DNA of 64,000 nucleotides from an uncultured Actinomycetota bacterium (GTDB lineage: Bacteria; Actinomycetota; Actinomycetes; Frankiales; Frankiaceae): assembly GCA_963711145.1 (NCBI GenBank), contig CAVQDA010000010.1:167030-231029 (forward strand), read 5' to 3'. A model generated the notes under the pieces. It was not told the DNA's origin and did no database searches. It saw only the letters and a list, made by a program, of their open reading frames with translations. This document shows, one piece after another, positions 1-9,846 of this stretch (its first letter is position 1; each line of letters opens with the position of its first letter). Both the position numbers and the translations under genes were made by a program.

Positions 1-336
1 GGTCGCGATGACGAGCGCGTCGTAGCTCACCTCACCTGATTGCCCGCTGCCGTCGGTCAGCACGACGCCCGGCCGGATCCCCACGGCCCGCACGCCCCGC
101 CGCAGATCGAGGTTGAGCGTCGCCTCGTCGCTGCCTTCGCGGGCCAGGTGAATCGGGCTGGCCTCCACGTCGGCCTTGAGCAGCCGCTTCGACAGCGGAG
201 GACGGTCGTAGGGAGGGTGCTGCTCGTCGGACAGCAACGTCAGGTGGCCGTCGAAGCCCGCGGCGCGCAGTTCCTCGGCAGCGCGCCAGCCGGCCAGCCC
301 TCCGCCGACGATCACGACGTGCTCAGTGGAGGCCAT
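1..336 (-). CDS. FAD/NAD(P)-dependent ferredoxin-reductase-like oxidoreductase; first 112 codons only, the gene runs off the window start
   Basis: Own translation of complement 336..1: [50 protein letters not shown]... with a GxGxxG fold. Absent from the ORF track because it reaches the window edge. Confidence 0.7.
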   Translation of the reverse strand, partial: MASTEHVVIVGGGLAGWRAAEELRAAGFDGHLTLLSDEQHPPYDRPPLSKRLLKADVEASPIHLAREGSDEATLNLDLRRGVRAVGIRPGVVLTDGSGQSGEVSYDALVIAT

Positions 337-618
337 CGGCCGCGTCCTTTCGGATCGAAGTCTTGCCATCGAGGTGCGTGCTCGGGTCAGCAGGCGGCAA
401 GCACCAGAAGGGGGTCTGCATGGTGCCTTATTCATACGGCGATTCCCACGGGTTGGGTGGGCCTGACGCATCTTTCGCCTGAGTGGGTGGGGCCGCGCCG
501 TATCCTGGATGGAATTGTCAGGTGCATCTCAGAACCCCGGGGTGGCAGCGCACGCCCGGTGGGGTTACGCTCCTGGTGTGAAACGCGTTCTAGTTTTTAC
601 GGGTCGAGGCGAATCCGA

Positions 619-1926
619 GTGAGCGGCAAGGCCGGGCGCACCGAAGCCGTTGCGGCTGCCGCCGAGGCGGCAACGTCGCCGTTCGCGGCGGTCGAGGATG
701 CCCTGGCGGCAATTGCCCGCGGCGAGCCGGTAGTCGTCGTTGACGACGCCGACCGGGAGAACGAGGGCGACGTCATCATGGCGGCCGAACTCGTCACCCC
801 GGAGCAGATGGCCTTCATCGTCCGGTGCGGCGGCCTGGTCTGCGTGGCGCTGGAAGGTGATCGGCTCGACGATCTCGCGTTGCCGCTGATGGTCCCGCCG
901 GACGACAACTCCGACTCGCAGGGCACCTCTTTCACGGTGTCGGTCGACGCCTTCGGCACCACGACCGGGATCTCGGCCGCCGATCGCGCGCTCACCGTCA
1001 AGACTCTGATCGACCCCGCCACGGTGCCGGGTGATCTGCGCCGTCCGGGTCACATCTTCCCGCTGCGCGCCCGGCGCGGCGGCGTGCTCAAGCGCGCCGG
1101 TCACACCGAGGCCGCGGTCGACCTGGCCCGGCTGGCCGGCCTGCGCCCCGCCGGCGTGCTGTGCGAGGTCGTCAAGGCTGACGGCACGATGGCCCGGGTG
1201 CCCGACCTGGTCGAGTTCTGCGCCGAGCACGGCCTGCTGCTGATCTCGATCGACGACATCGTCCGTTACCGGCACCGCACCGAGCGGCTGGTCACGCGGG
1301 TCAGCTCGGCCACCATCCCCACCGAGTGGGGGGCGTTCGAAGCGGTCGCGTTCGAGTCGGTCCTCGACGGCGAGCAGCACCTGGCGTTCGTCGCCGGCGA
1401 TCCCACCGGCACTGAGCCCGTCCTGGTCCGCGTCCACAGCGAGTGCCTCACCGGCGACGTCTTCGGTTCCCGCCGCTGCGATTGCGGCACCCAGCTGGCC
1501 CAGGCGATGGACGCCATCGCGCGTGCCGGCCGCGGCGTCTGCGTCTACCTGCGCGGCCAGGAAGGGCGCGGCATCGGCATCGCCCACAAGCTGCGCGCGT
1601 ACGGCCTGCAGGACATGGGCCACGACACGGTCGATGCGAATATCGCGCTCGGGCTGCCGGTCGATGATCGCGAGTACGGCATCGGCGCGCAGATCCTCGC
1701 GGAGCTCGGCGTCGGCCCGATGCGCCTGATGACCAACAACCCGGCCAAGTACACCGGGCTCGAAGGCTTCGGCCTGCGGATCAGCGAGCGCGTCCCGCTC
1801 GCCCCGACGGTCACCGCCGAGAACCTGCGCTACCTGAAGACCAAGCGCGAGCGCATGGGCCACCAGCTCGACGGGCTCGACGCCTTCTCCGCACCCCCGT
1901 CGACGGGCGGGCTCGGCTCCGCTTAG
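619..1926 (+). CDS. ribBA: bifunctional 3,4-dihydroxy-2-butanone-4-phosphate synthase / GTP cyclohydrolase II
   Basis: Last 436 codons of ORF 40..1926. Motifs DRENEGD and [18 protein letters not shown]. In-frame GTG at 619 preceded by GAGG. The upstream part of the ORF looks non-coding. Confidence 0.9.
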   Translation: MSGKAGRTEAVAAAAEAATSPFAAVEDALAAIARGEPVVVVDDADRENEGDVIMAAELVTPEQMAFIVRCGGLVCVALEGDRLDDLALPLMVPPDDNSDSQGTSFTVSVDAFGTTTGISAADRALTVKTLIDPATVPGDLRRPGHIFPLRARRGGVLKRAGHTEAAVDLARLAGLRPAGVLCEVVKADGTMARVPDLVEFCAEHGLLLISIDDIVRYRHRTERLVTRVSSATIPTEWGAFEAVAFESVLDGEQHLAFVAGDPTGTEPVLVRVHSECLTGDVFGSRRCDCGTQLAQAMDAIARAGRGVCVYLRGQEGRGIGIAHKLRAYGLQDMGHDTVDANIALGLPVDDREYGIGAQILAELGVGPMRLMTNNPAKYTGLEGFGLRISERVPLAPTVTAENLRYLKTKRERMGHQLDGLDAFSAPPSTGGLGSA

Positions 1927-1984
1927 ACGCAGCGGCCGAGCAGCCAAAACGCTGCTCTGCCGAGGGCGGCCTGTTGCCGCTCGA

Positions 1985-2063
1985 GCAGACGATCGCTTGC
2001 TTTCGGCGTACCTGACGGGCAGTCGCGCGGCGCCGAAGCAGCGAAAAGCATCCGATCGTCTGC
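1985..2063. repeat. long imperfect inverted repeat between ribBA and the next SDR gene; possible terminator or attenuator hairpin
   Basis: Perfect 11-bp arms GCAGACGATCG (1985-1995) and CGATCGTCTGC (2053-2063), with further imperfect pairing inside the arms. Confidence 0.4.
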
Positions 2064-2177
2064 CCGGCTGAAACAAACTCTCGGCTCCGGAGAGCACCGG
2101 ATCGTATGCGGGGCCAGCGCGCATCGTTCCGTGCCCCTGCCTGCCGGGCCCGTGAGGTGGCAAGGCAGGATGGCGAC

Positions 2178-2972
2178 GTGATCCTCGATGCCTTCTCACT
2201 GACCGACCGCGTTGCCATCGTCACCGGAGCCGGGCGCGGACTCGGGGCGGCCATCGCCCTCGGGTTCGCCGAAGCCGGTGCCGATGTGGTGATCTGCGCG
2301 CGTACCCAATCCCAGCTCGACGAGGTGTCGAAGGCGGTCGAGGCGACCGGCCGGCGGGCCGTCGCACTGTGCATGAACTCTGCTGAGGCAGGGGCTGCGG
2401 AGAAGTTGGTCGCCGCGGCCGAGCAGGAGTTCGGGCGCCTCGACATCGTCGTGAACAATGTCGGCGGCACCATGCCGACCCCGTTCCTCGACACCACGCC
2501 GAAAATGTTCAACGAGGCGTTCATGTTCAACGTCACGACCGCCTTTTCGCTGACGCAGCAGGCGACTCCGCTGCTGCTGCGCTCGCCCGGCGCGTCGGTC
2601 ATCAACATCACCTCGACGATGGGGCGGGTGCGCGACCGCGGGTACGTCGCCTACGGCACCGCCAAGGCCGCGCTGATCCACATGACCCACCTGCTGGCGG
2701 CCGACCTCGCCCCGCGCATCCGGGTCAACGCCATCTCGCCGGGCTCGATCGCCACGTCGGCGCTGGAGATCGTGAGCGGCAGCCCGGAGTTGAAGGCCGA
2801 GCTCGAGTCCAAGACGCCGCTCGCCCGCATCGGCGTCCCCGAGGAGATCGCCGCTGCCGCGCTCTACCTGGCGTCGGACGCGGCCGCGTACGTCACCGGC
2901 AAGGTGCTCGACGTCGACGGCGGCATCGAGGCGGCCAACCTCAGCATGAAACTGCCCGATCTCACGCCCTGA
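2178..2972 (+). CDS. SDR family oxidoreductase
   Basis: TGAGRGLG Rossmann motif and YGTAK catalytic motif. In-frame GTG at 2178 chosen because the upstream ORF extension has no SDR-like sequence. Confidence 0.85.
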   Translation: MILDAFSLTDRVAIVTGAGRGLGAAIALGFAEAGADVVICARTQSQLDEVSKAVEATGRRAVALCMNSAEAGAAEKLVAAAEQEFGRLDIVVNNVGGTMPTPFLDTTPKMFNEAFMFNVTTAFSLTQQATPLLLRSPGASVINITSTMGRVRDRGYVAYGTAKAALIHMTHLLAADLAPRIRVNAISPGSIATSALEIVSGSPELKAELESKTPLARIGVPEEIAAAALYLASDAAAYVTGKVLDVDGGIEAANLSMKLPDLTP

Positions 2973-2978
2973 CCCGGC

Positions 2979-4151
2979 TCAGGAGCGGCTGACGGCGTCC
3001 AGCGCGTCGGCGACGACCCACATCGCGAAGTACTGGGCGCCGCCGCCGTAGGCCTGGGCCAGGGCGACGTGCGCGTCATCGACCTGGTGCTCGCCGGCCA
3101 TGCCCCGCACCTGCAGCGCGGCCTCGGCGAAACGGATCAGCCCGGACGCGCCGATCGGGTTCGATGAGAGCACGCCGCCCGACGGGTTGACCGGGAAGGC
3201 GCCGCCGATCTCCGTCTCGCCCGAGTCGGTCATCTTCCAGCCCTCGCCGACCGGCGCGATGTCGTGGCCTTCCAGCCACATCGGCTCATACCAGCTGAAC
3301 GGCACGTACAGCTCGGCGACGTCGATCTGCTCGCGCGGGTTGGTGATCCCGGCGCCCGCGTAGACGTCGGCGGCACAGTGCACCCCCGCCGCCGGCCGCA
3401 CCGGATCGCGCCGCGGGAATTGCGTCGGCTCGCTGCGCATCGCGGTCGACAGGATCCAGGCCGGCTGGCGTCCCGCCTGCGCTGCCGCCTTGCCGCCCGC
3501 CTCGTCGGTGAAGACGACCGCCATCGCGCCGTCCGAGGACGGGCAGGACTCCAGGAAATGCAGCGGATCCCAGAGCATCGGCGACTCGCGCACCTTGTCG
3601 ATCGAGATGTCGGTCAGCTGCAGGTGGGCGTACGGGTTCTTGAGCGCGTTGAGCCGGTCCTTGACGGCGACCTTCCACCCGATGTGCTCGGGTGCGCCGC
3701 TGCGCTCGATGTACGCCCGGATCCACGGGGCGAAGATCCCGCCCGCGCCCATCGACCCGCTCTTGCCGCCGCCGAGGCCCCACTGCGCGTTGCCCTCGGA
3801 CTGCTTCTCGTACGCAACGGCCAGTACCCGCTGGTGGATGCGGTTGCTGACGAGGTGCGACGCGACGATGCCGGTCGACCCGCCGACCGACCCCGCGGTG
3901 TGCACCCGCATCATCGGCTTACCGGCGGCGCCGAGCGCGTCGGCGAGGTACAGCTCCGGCATCATGACGCCCTCGAACGCGTCGGGCGCCTTGCCGATGA
4001 CGACGGTGTCGATGTCCTTCCACGTCATGTTGGCGTCGTCGAGCGCCCGCTGCGCGGCTTCGCGGAGCAGGCCCGCCTGCGAGACGTCCTCGCGCCGCGT
4101 CTTGTGCTTGGTCTGGCCAATCCCGACGATCGCGGTCGGCTCAGCGCTCAT
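2979..4151 (-). CDS. thiolase-like lipid-transfer protein (SCP-x/Ltp type)
   Basis: MSAEPTAIVGIGQTKH... with a thiolase-like fold. Its start overlaps the upstream stop (ATGA at 4148-4151). The longer track ORF carries a spurious N-terminal extension. Confidence 0.85.
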   Translation of the reverse strand: MSAEPTAIVGIGQTKHKTRREDVSQAGLLREAAQRALDDANMTWKDIDTVVIGKAPDAFEGVMMPELYLADALGAAGKPMMRVHTAGSVGGSTGIVASHLVSNRIHQRVLAVAYEKQSEGNAQWGLGGGKSGSMGAGGIFAPWIRAYIERSGAPEHIGWKVAVKDRLNALKNPYAHLQLTDISIDKVRESPMLWDPLHFLESCPSSDGAMAVVFTDEAGGKAAAQAGRQPAWILSTAMRSEPTQFPRRDPVRPAAGVHCAADVYAGAGITNPREQIDVAELYVPFSWYEPMWLEGHDIAPVGEGWKMTDSGETEIGGAFPVNPSGGVLSSNPIGASGLIRFAEAALQVRGMAGEHQVDDAHVALAQAYGGGAQYFAMWVVADALDAVSRS

Positions 4152-5248
4152 CGGTTGTTCCCTTCGAACTGGGCAGCTTCCAGGATTGCGACGAGGTTCT
4201 GCTGTAGCAGCGGACCACTCGTGGCATGGGCAAGGACGCGCCGGCGCCCGTTCTCCCTGATCTGCTTGGCGGCTTCGGCGATGCGCACCAGCCCGGTCGC
4301 CATGATCGGGTTGGCGGCAAGCGCCCCGCCGGACGGGTTGATCTCGGTGCCGGCATCCAGCCCCAGCGACCGGGTGAGGATCCCCTCCTGGTGGGAGAAC
4401 TGCGCCGAGAGCTCGGCCACCTCGATCGGACCGTCCGCGAGCCCGGCGACATCGGCCGCTTTGCGCGTGGACGGTGAGGTCGTCAGGTCGCGTACGCCGG
4501 GATAGTGCGGTTCGATGCGATGGTCGATGCCGGTGATCCACGCCGGCGTGAACCCGCCGGCGGCCGCCAGCTGCTGGGCTTTCTCCTCGGTGGCGAGCAC
4601 CACGGCGACGGCCCCGTCGCTGATCGGTGGAAGGTCGCTGGCCCGCAGCGGATTGCGGACGTACGCCTCCGAAAGGAGCGCGTCAGCCCCGGCAGATCCC
4701 TTCACCTGGGCGTAGGGATTGCTCTCGGCGCTGGTGCGGCTGCGCGCGGCGGCCTCGGCAAAATCGCGCTCGGTGGCGTCGCCCGCGTCCAGCACTGCGC
4801 GGGCCTGCAGCGCGGCCAGCGTGATGGGATCCGCGCCCAGGGTCGCCAGGTAGTAAGGGTCCATCTGCAACGGCATCACGGCGGAAAGGTCGCCGGTCGA
4901 GGACTTGCCCGAGCCGAAGACGAGCGCGGTGTCGATGTCACCGTGGTGGAGGCGTACCCACGCTTCATAGCACGCCCACGCCCCGTCCATCTCGACGTGC
5001 GACTCGTGGATCGGCGGCCACGCGCCGACGGCGTCGAGGTTGGCGACGAAGGTGAACGTGCCGCCGGACAGGTAGTCGCAGCTGCCCGAGCAGGTGAAGC
5101 CGACCTCGTGGCGCTGGACCCCGGCGTTCTTCAGAGCGGCGATCACGACGTCCTGGACCAGCTTGACCTCCGCCTCCTCGCTGAGGCGGACCATCGGGGT
5201 CTGCGCGTAGCCGACTACGGCAATTCGGGGTGCGCTACGTGCGGCCAC
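4148..5248 (-). CDS. thiolase-like lipid-transfer protein (SCP-x/Ltp type), partner of the downstream copy
   Basis: RIAVVGYAQTP... and NPSGGALAANP motifs. GTG start 1 nt after the DUF35 gene stop. Confidence 0.85.
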   Translation of the reverse strand: MAARSAPRIAVVGYAQTPMVRLSEEAEVKLVQDVVIAALKNAGVQRHEVGFTCSGSCDYLSGGTFTFVANLDAVGAWPPIHESHVEMDGAWACYEAWVRLHHGDIDTALVFGSGKSSTGDLSAVMPLQMDPYYLATLGADPITLAALQARAVLDAGDATERDFAEAAARSRTSAESNPYAQVKGSAGADALLSEAYVRNPLRASDLPPISDGAVAVVLATEEKAQQLAAAGGFTPAWITGIDHRIEPHYPGVRDLTTSPSTRKAADVAGLADGPIEVAELSAQFSHQEGILTRSLGLDAGTEINPSGGALAANPIMATGLVRIAEAAKQIRENGRRRVLAHATSGPLLQQNLVAILEAAQFEGNNR

Positions 5249-5249
5249 G

Positions 5250-6251
5250 TCAGCTCACCCGCCCGATGTCGACGGTGGTGTCGTCCGGTTCGCCGGTGGG
5301 CTCCCAGCCGGCGATGCAGCCGTCGACCGAACCCCAGCTGCGGGTGCCGAGCTCGGCGACATCGCGCTCACCTTCGGGCACCCAGACGGCCTTCACGCGA
5401 ATGCCGGGATGCACCTCGGCGGCGGGGATGCCGATCACCGACTGCAGGTTCAACAAGCCCTCCTCGCCGTCGAGCAGCACCGAGACCCGGGCGAACGGCT
5501 CGGTCTCGCGCTGTCCGGGGTACTGCACCGGCAGCACGACCGTGTAGTTGGTGATGACCCCGCGGTCGGGGAGCACCAGGTCGTTGTCCGGGCTGACGGG
5601 CACGCCGTCGACGGTGCAGCTGTCGCGCGGCGGGATGTAGGTGCGCCCGCACACGGGGCACTTCTGGCCGGTGATCTTTCCTTCGAGGAGTCCGTTGGCG
5701 AAGCGCTCGGCGGCGGGGGCGACGGCCTCGTTGTAGGTCAGCGAAACCCAATGTTCCATGGTCTTCACGGGCTCGGTTGCTTTCGCCGGCACGGGCCCCG
5801 ACGCGGCGGCCGGGGCGGCGGACTCGGGCACGAAGTACGCCAGGTCGTCGATGCGGCCGCGCGGTTCCGCACGCCACTGCGGCAGCACCCGCGTGCCGCG
5901 CGTGATGGCCTCCTCGCTGCCGGCGTCGACGGCGTGGAACATCTCCGTGTCGGCGCCGTCGAGCTTGATCATGGCGAACGCGAACGGCCGGTCCAGCGGG
6001 TGATTCGGCAGCGGCTCGGCCACCCAGGTCCATGAGGTGACGGTGCCGGCCGGGCCGACCTCGATCAGCGTCGGGTCATTGCCCTCGCCGGTATCGGGGT
6101 CGTATTCGAGCGGCGGGCACAGCACCCGACCGGCGCCGGTACGTACGCCCGTGATGCGGTGCTCGGCCAGCGCGGCGCTGAACGCGCCGATCACCGGTCC
6201 CAGACTGCGCTTGTAGGGGAATTCGATCTTGGTTTCGACGAGCCGCACCAC
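5250..6251 (-). CDS. tandem DUF35/OB-fold protein (two acyl-CoA-associated OB-fold and Zn-ribbon modules)
   Basis: Two DUF35-like halves; the second has the CPVCGRTYIPPRDSC zinc ribbon. GTG 6251 preceded by GAGG. The rest of ORF 5250..6680 is an extension. Confidence 0.75.
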   Translation of the reverse strand: MVRLVETKIEFPYKRSLGPVIGAFSAALAEHRITGVRTGAGRVLCPPLEYDPDTGEGNDPTLIEVGPAGTVTSWTWVAEPLPNHPLDRPFAFAMIKLDGADTEMFHAVDAGSEEAITRGTRVLPQWRAEPRGRIDDLAYFVPESAAPAAASGPVPAKATEPVKTMEHWVSLTYNEAVAPAAERFANGLLEGKITGQKCPVCGRTYIPPRDSCTVDGVPVSPDNDLVLPDRGVITNYTVVLPVQYPGQRETEPFARVSVLLDGEEGLLNLQSVIGIPAAEVHPGIRVKAVWVPEGERDVAELGTRSWGSVDGCIAGWEPTGEPDDTTVDIGRVS

Positions 6252-6310
6252 CGGGGCCTCATTGTCCTTTCGGTGTGATGACAGATGTGTGACGACAGAC
6301 GTGAACGTGC

Positions 6311-7141
6311 TCAGGCCATGCCGCTGAAATCGACCTGGCCGGTCGCCATCGCTGCGGAGAAACCGAAGTCGGCGTAGACGTTCTCGCCGTTGATGAGCGA
6401 CGCGGCGCTGCTGCCGAGGAAGGCGATGACGTTGGCGACCTCGCGCGGGGTGCACAGCACACCGGTCGACTGCGAGACCGTCCAGTCGATGACCTGCTCG
6501 CCCATAGTGGCGCGGAAGTCGGTCAGCAGCGGGGTGTCGATGATGCCCGGGCAGACGCTGACGGTGCGCACGCCCCGGGCGATCGTCGCGTGGGAAGAGC
6601 GGCGAGTCCAGATCTGGTTGATCTCCTTGGAGAATCCGTACGGCTGCGGGAAGAGGGTGGGCTGGTGGGCATCGACCCACTCCAGTGACTTCTCCCAGTC
6701 GCCGATCGAGATCAGCTCGTTGATCTCGGTGAGGTGCGCCGGCCAGCCCTGTCCGGCCATCGACGCGGTGTTGACGATGGCGCTGCCGGGAGGCATGCGG
6801 TCGATCAGCTTCTCCGACAGCCGGCGCAGCGCGAGGTAGTTGACGGCGATGACGACGCGCGGCGGGAAGGTGTCGGCGACTCCGGCGTTGTTGACCAGAA
6901 CATCGAGCCGTGCGGGAGCCTGCTCGATCGCGGCGTCCACTGATGCCGGGTCGGACAGGTCGGCCTTGATGAACGCGCTCACCGAGGACTGGATCTCGGC
7001 AGGCGGCTCCTGGCGGTCAAGCACCGTGACGGCCGCGCCGAGGCTCGCGAGCAGATCGACGAGAGATGCACCGACCCCCGACGAACCCCCGGTGACGAGC
7101 ACGTTCTTGCCGGTGTAGTCGATGAATCCACCCGTTGCCAT
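6311..7141 (-). CDS. SDR family oxidoreductase
   Basis: VLVTGGSSGVG glycine-rich motif and YGFSK catalytic motif. Confidence 0.8.
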   Translation of the reverse strand: MATGGFIDYTGKNVLVTGGSSGVGASLVDLLASLGAAVTVLDRQEPPAEIQSSVSAFIKADLSDPASVDAAIEQAPARLDVLVNNAGVADTFPPRVVIAVNYLALRRLSEKLIDRMPPGSAIVNTASMAGQGWPAHLTEINELISIGDWEKSLEWVDAHQPTLFPQPYGFSKEINQIWTRRSSHATIARGVRTVSVCPGIIDTPLLTDFRATMGEQVIDWTVSQSTGVLCTPREVANVIAFLGSSAASLINGENVYADFGFSAAMATGQVDFSGMA

Positions 7142-7161
7142 CGCTTCTCCTCTGTCGTCAG

Positions 7162-8196
7162 TTAGCTCAAGAGTTCAGTCATGGTGCGCATGGTCGCGAT
7201 GTCGGGTGGCAGCAGCAGGCAGGTGACGAACGATTCCTGCCAGGCCGCCAGATCGTCGCGGAGCTTGGCCATGGGCCCGATGAGGGCGGTCTCCTCGATC
7301 AGCCTCGTAGGTACGGCGGCGATCGCCTCGTTCTTGTGGCCGGAGAGGTAGAGGTCCTGGATCTTGGCGACCTCGGCCTCGTAGCCCATCCGTTCGTAGA
7401 CCCGGGCGTGGAAGTTGACCTCCTTGGCGCCCATGCCGCCGATGTAGAGCGCGATGCCCGGGCGGATCAGGTCGGCCGCGGCTTCCACGTCGTCGGTGAC
7501 GATCACGGGGGCGCCGGCGAGCACCTCGAAGTCATCGGCCGTACGGCGCGCTCCGGGGCGGGCGAAGCCCTCGTTCAGCGAGTCGCGGTACATCGCCTCG
7601 TGCTTGGGCGCGTAGAAGATCGGCAGCCAGCCGTCGGCGATCTCGGCGGCGAGCGCGATGTTCTTGGGGCCCTCCGCGCCGAGGATGATCGGCAGATCCT
7701 CGCGCAGCGGGTGGGTGATCGGCTTCAGCGGCTTGCCGAGCCCGGTACCCCCGGGAAGCGGCAGCGGGTAGTGCGGGCCCGCGTTGGTCACCGGCTCCTT
7801 GCGGGCCATGACGTCACGAACGATCTTGATGTACTCCCGGGTGCGGGCGAGCGGCTGCGCGAACGGCTCGCCGTACCAGCCCTCCACCACCTGGGGGCCG
7901 GAGACCCCGACGCCCATCACGAAGCGTCCGTCCGACAGCAGGTCCATGGTCAGCGCAGCCATCGCCGCCGCCGTCGGGGTGCGCGCCGAGAGCTGCATCA
8001 GGGCGGTGCCGAGACGGATGCGCGAGGTGCTGGCCCCGAGCCAGGCCAAGGGGGTCAGCGCGTCGGAGCCCCACGACTCGGCGGTCCAGATCGAGTCGAA
8101 CCCGAGGCGCTCCGCTTCGGCCACGGCCTCGGCGTGGTCGGGCTTGCCCGCTCCCCAGTAGCCGAGTGAGAGGCCGAGCTTCAGCTGCTTACTCAT
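7162..8196 (-). CDS. LLM-class (luciferase-like) F420-dependent oxidoreductase
   Basis: MSKQLKLGLSLGYWG...GFDSIWTAESWGSD is typical of the luciferase-like monooxygenase class. Heads a five-gene same-strand run. Confidence 0.8.
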   Translation of the reverse strand: MSKQLKLGLSLGYWGAGKPDHAEAVAEAERLGFDSIWTAESWGSDALTPLAWLGASTSRIRLGTALMQLSARTPTAAAMAALTMDLLSDGRFVMGVGVSGPQVVEGWYGEPFAQPLARTREYIKIVRDVMARKEPVTNAGPHYPLPLPGGTGLGKPLKPITHPLREDLPIILGAEGPKNIALAAEIADGWLPIFYAPKHEAMYRDSLNEGFARPGARRTADDFEVLAGAPVIVTDDVEAAADLIRPGIALYIGGMGAKEVNFHARVYERMGYEAEVAKIQDLYLSGHKNEAIAAVPTRLIEETALIGPMAKLRDDLAAWQESFVTCLLLPPDIATMRTMTELLS

Positions 8197-8253
8197 CCTC
8201 GTACCATGACCTGCACCCTAGCTGCCTCTCGGACGCCCACCGCGCGAACCGGG

Positions 8254-8267
8254 ACCAAGCGCTTGCT
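8254..8267. promoter_or_regulatory. KstR2-type operator candidate upstream of the LLM-SDR-DUF35-Ltp-Ltp operon
   Basis: ACCAAGCGCTTGCT matches all specified positions of the published KstR2 consensus AnCAAGnnCTTGnT. Lies 58 nt upstream of the 8196 start. Confidence 0.55.
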
Positions 8268-9484
8268 CAGGACCCGATCGTCAGCGGCGACCGGCCTGCC
8301 AGCAGCGCCTCGAGCTCATCCCGGATCCCGGTCATGTCGTCGAGGTCGTCGGGCATCTCCATCTCGCCGAACAGCAGCTGACGGCGTCCGATCCGGAACA
8401 TCACGATGGCGTAGCGAACGGCGTTGTAGGTCAGATACCAGTCGAGGTTGCGTGGCTCGTAGCCGGAGAGCTCGGCGTATGTGGCAGCGATGTCGGCGGG
8501 ATTGAGCAGATCCGGCAGGCCTGACATCCCGTGCTTGCCGAGCATGCTCTCGAAGAAGAAGTGCATGAACGCCATCCAGGCGAGGTCGACCTCTGGCGGC
8601 GCGACAGCCGCCATCTCCCAGTCGAGCACGGCCACCGGCGCGAAATCGCGATACATCATGTTGCCGATCCGCGAGTCACCCCACGACAGCACGGTGGGGC
8701 CCTCGTGCTGGGGCCAGTGCGCCTCGAGCCACTCGAAGGAGCGCTCGATCAGCGGCGACCGCATCCCGTCCGACGAGGTCCAGTCGTAGTACCGGCGGGT
8801 GTCGATCACATGCTGGCGAAGGCTGCTCGGATCGGTGCGGTGTGGCTGCAGGAACGCGAACCGCTCCGCGGCGTTCGGGATCGCGTGCAGGTCGCTCAGC
8901 ACCTTCACCGACGTCTCCTGCAGGCGCTGGCGCTGCTCCGGGGTGCCCTCCGCGACCCAGCCGGTCAGGGCGTACGGCGGTAGGTCGGTGGGCACCACGC
9001 CGTCGATCCGGTCCATCACGAAGAACTGTTCGCCGAGGACGGAGCTATCGGTCTCGAGCCAGCGCAGGTTGGGCACGGGCACGGACGTGAGCTCCCGTAC
9101 TTCCTGGATCACGCGGAACTGGCGATCGAGGTAGTAGGCCTCGAAGACCGGAGCGGCCGCCGGGTCGGGAGCCACGCGGGCCACCAGCGATTCGGTCGTG
9201 CGGGCCCCGCCACCGGAGATATCGCTCCAGCTCGCCTCGAACAGGAGCGTCTCGCTCGACATGCCGTTGCCGCTGGGTACGTCGAGCTGTCCGAGGACGG
9301 GCTCTGCGCCGTCCGGCAGGATCCCAGTCAGCCAACGCGTGAGGTCTGCATGCATTTTCCGGTAGTCGCGCGAGGAGGTCTTGGGCCGGTCAGCAGGGTC
9401 GCCGCCGATGGCTCGCACGGCGGAGGGCACGTGCGACTGTTCGGTCGACGGAGGGGCAGTTGGCGCCGCGGGGTCGGTCGTCAT
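8267..9484 (-). CDS. phosphotransferase (APH/choline-kinase fold) family protein
   Basis: LSWGDSRIGNMMY catalytic-loop-like motif and VLDWEMAAV motif. Confidence 0.75.
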   Translation of the reverse strand: MTTDPAAPTAPPSTEQSHVPSAVRAIGGDPADRPKTSSRDYRKMHADLTRWLTGILPDGAEPVLGQLDVPSGNGMSSETLLFEASWSDISGGGARTTESLVARVAPDPAAAPVFEAYYLDRQFRVIQEVRELTSVPVPNLRWLETDSSVLGEQFFVMDRIDGVVPTDLPPYALTGWVAEGTPEQRQRLQETSVKVLSDLHAIPNAAERFAFLQPHRTDPSSLRQHVIDTRRYYDWTSSDGMRSPLIERSFEWLEAHWPQHEGPTVLSWGDSRIGNMMYRDFAPVAVLDWEMAAVAPPEVDLAWMAFMHFFFESMLGKHGMSGLPDLLNPADIAATYAELSGYEPRNLDWYLTYNAVRYAIVMFRIGRRQLLFGEMEMPDDLDDMTGIRDELEALLAGRSPLTIGS

Positions 9485-9562
9485 AGCGGGTCCTTCGGGT
9501 GCGGGGAGGGTCGGTCTGCGCCAGCGAACGGTCGGTGAATAGAGTGCTGCATCGCTGTATAC

Positions 9563-9598
9563 CTGACGGTGACTCAGGAGTTTCTGACAATCCGTCAG
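9563..9598. promoter_or_regulatory. CTGAC-N5-GTCAG palindrome (perfect at 9584-9598) with a degenerate neighbour (9563-9577) in a divergent promoter region
   Basis: TTTCTGACaatccGTCAGGGA preceded by CCTGACggtgaCTCAGG. The same core recurs at 15017 and 24268. Confidence 0.5.
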
Positions 9599-9846
9599 GG
9601 AGGGGGCGGCATCCGCCAGATGTCACCTTCTGCCAAACATGAAAAGTTGCTTCCCAACTACCTGTGAAATGAGCGATCCGGTTGCAGCGCGTGACCGGAA
9701 CAGGTTTCATAGCGCGAATGGCGGGAGTGATCTGCGCCACCCTGGCTGTCGGGCTCACCCGGCCGCGACCGGTGGCTCGGTCCCGACGCTGAGCTCGCGC
9801 GCGATCCCACCAACAGCTTTGGCCGGACGAAAGAGGCCCTCCGCGG

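Noticed and set aside
40-618. N-terminal 190-codon extension of the ribBA ORF, and similar long extensions of many track ORFs (e.g. 2979..4541, 5250..6680, 50400..53423).
   Set aside because: The extensions lack family similarity and overlap neighbouring genes or intergenic signals. Internal starts with Shine-Dalgarno sequences or stop-start overlaps fit better.
520-620. Possible FMN riboswitch in the ribBA leader (pieces such as CCGGTGGGGTTAC, CCTGGTGTGAAA, ACGGGTCGAGGCGAATCCGAGTGAG).
   Set aside because: The hallmark GGUGAAAUUCC-type boxes and the AGCCCGCGA segment are not recognisable. The resemblance is patchy, so it was not called without a covariance-model scan.
565-2199. Very long ORFs antisense to or out of frame with recognised genes. 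Examples: 565..2199 minus, 17989..20991 minus (1000 aa), 37..., 60844..62109 plus, and the upstream 500 codons of 24279..26465 minus.
   Set aside because: Their Arg/Ala/Gly/Pro-rich low-complexity translations overlap genes with clear family motifs on the other strand or frame. These are typical shadow ORFs of about 70% GC DNA.
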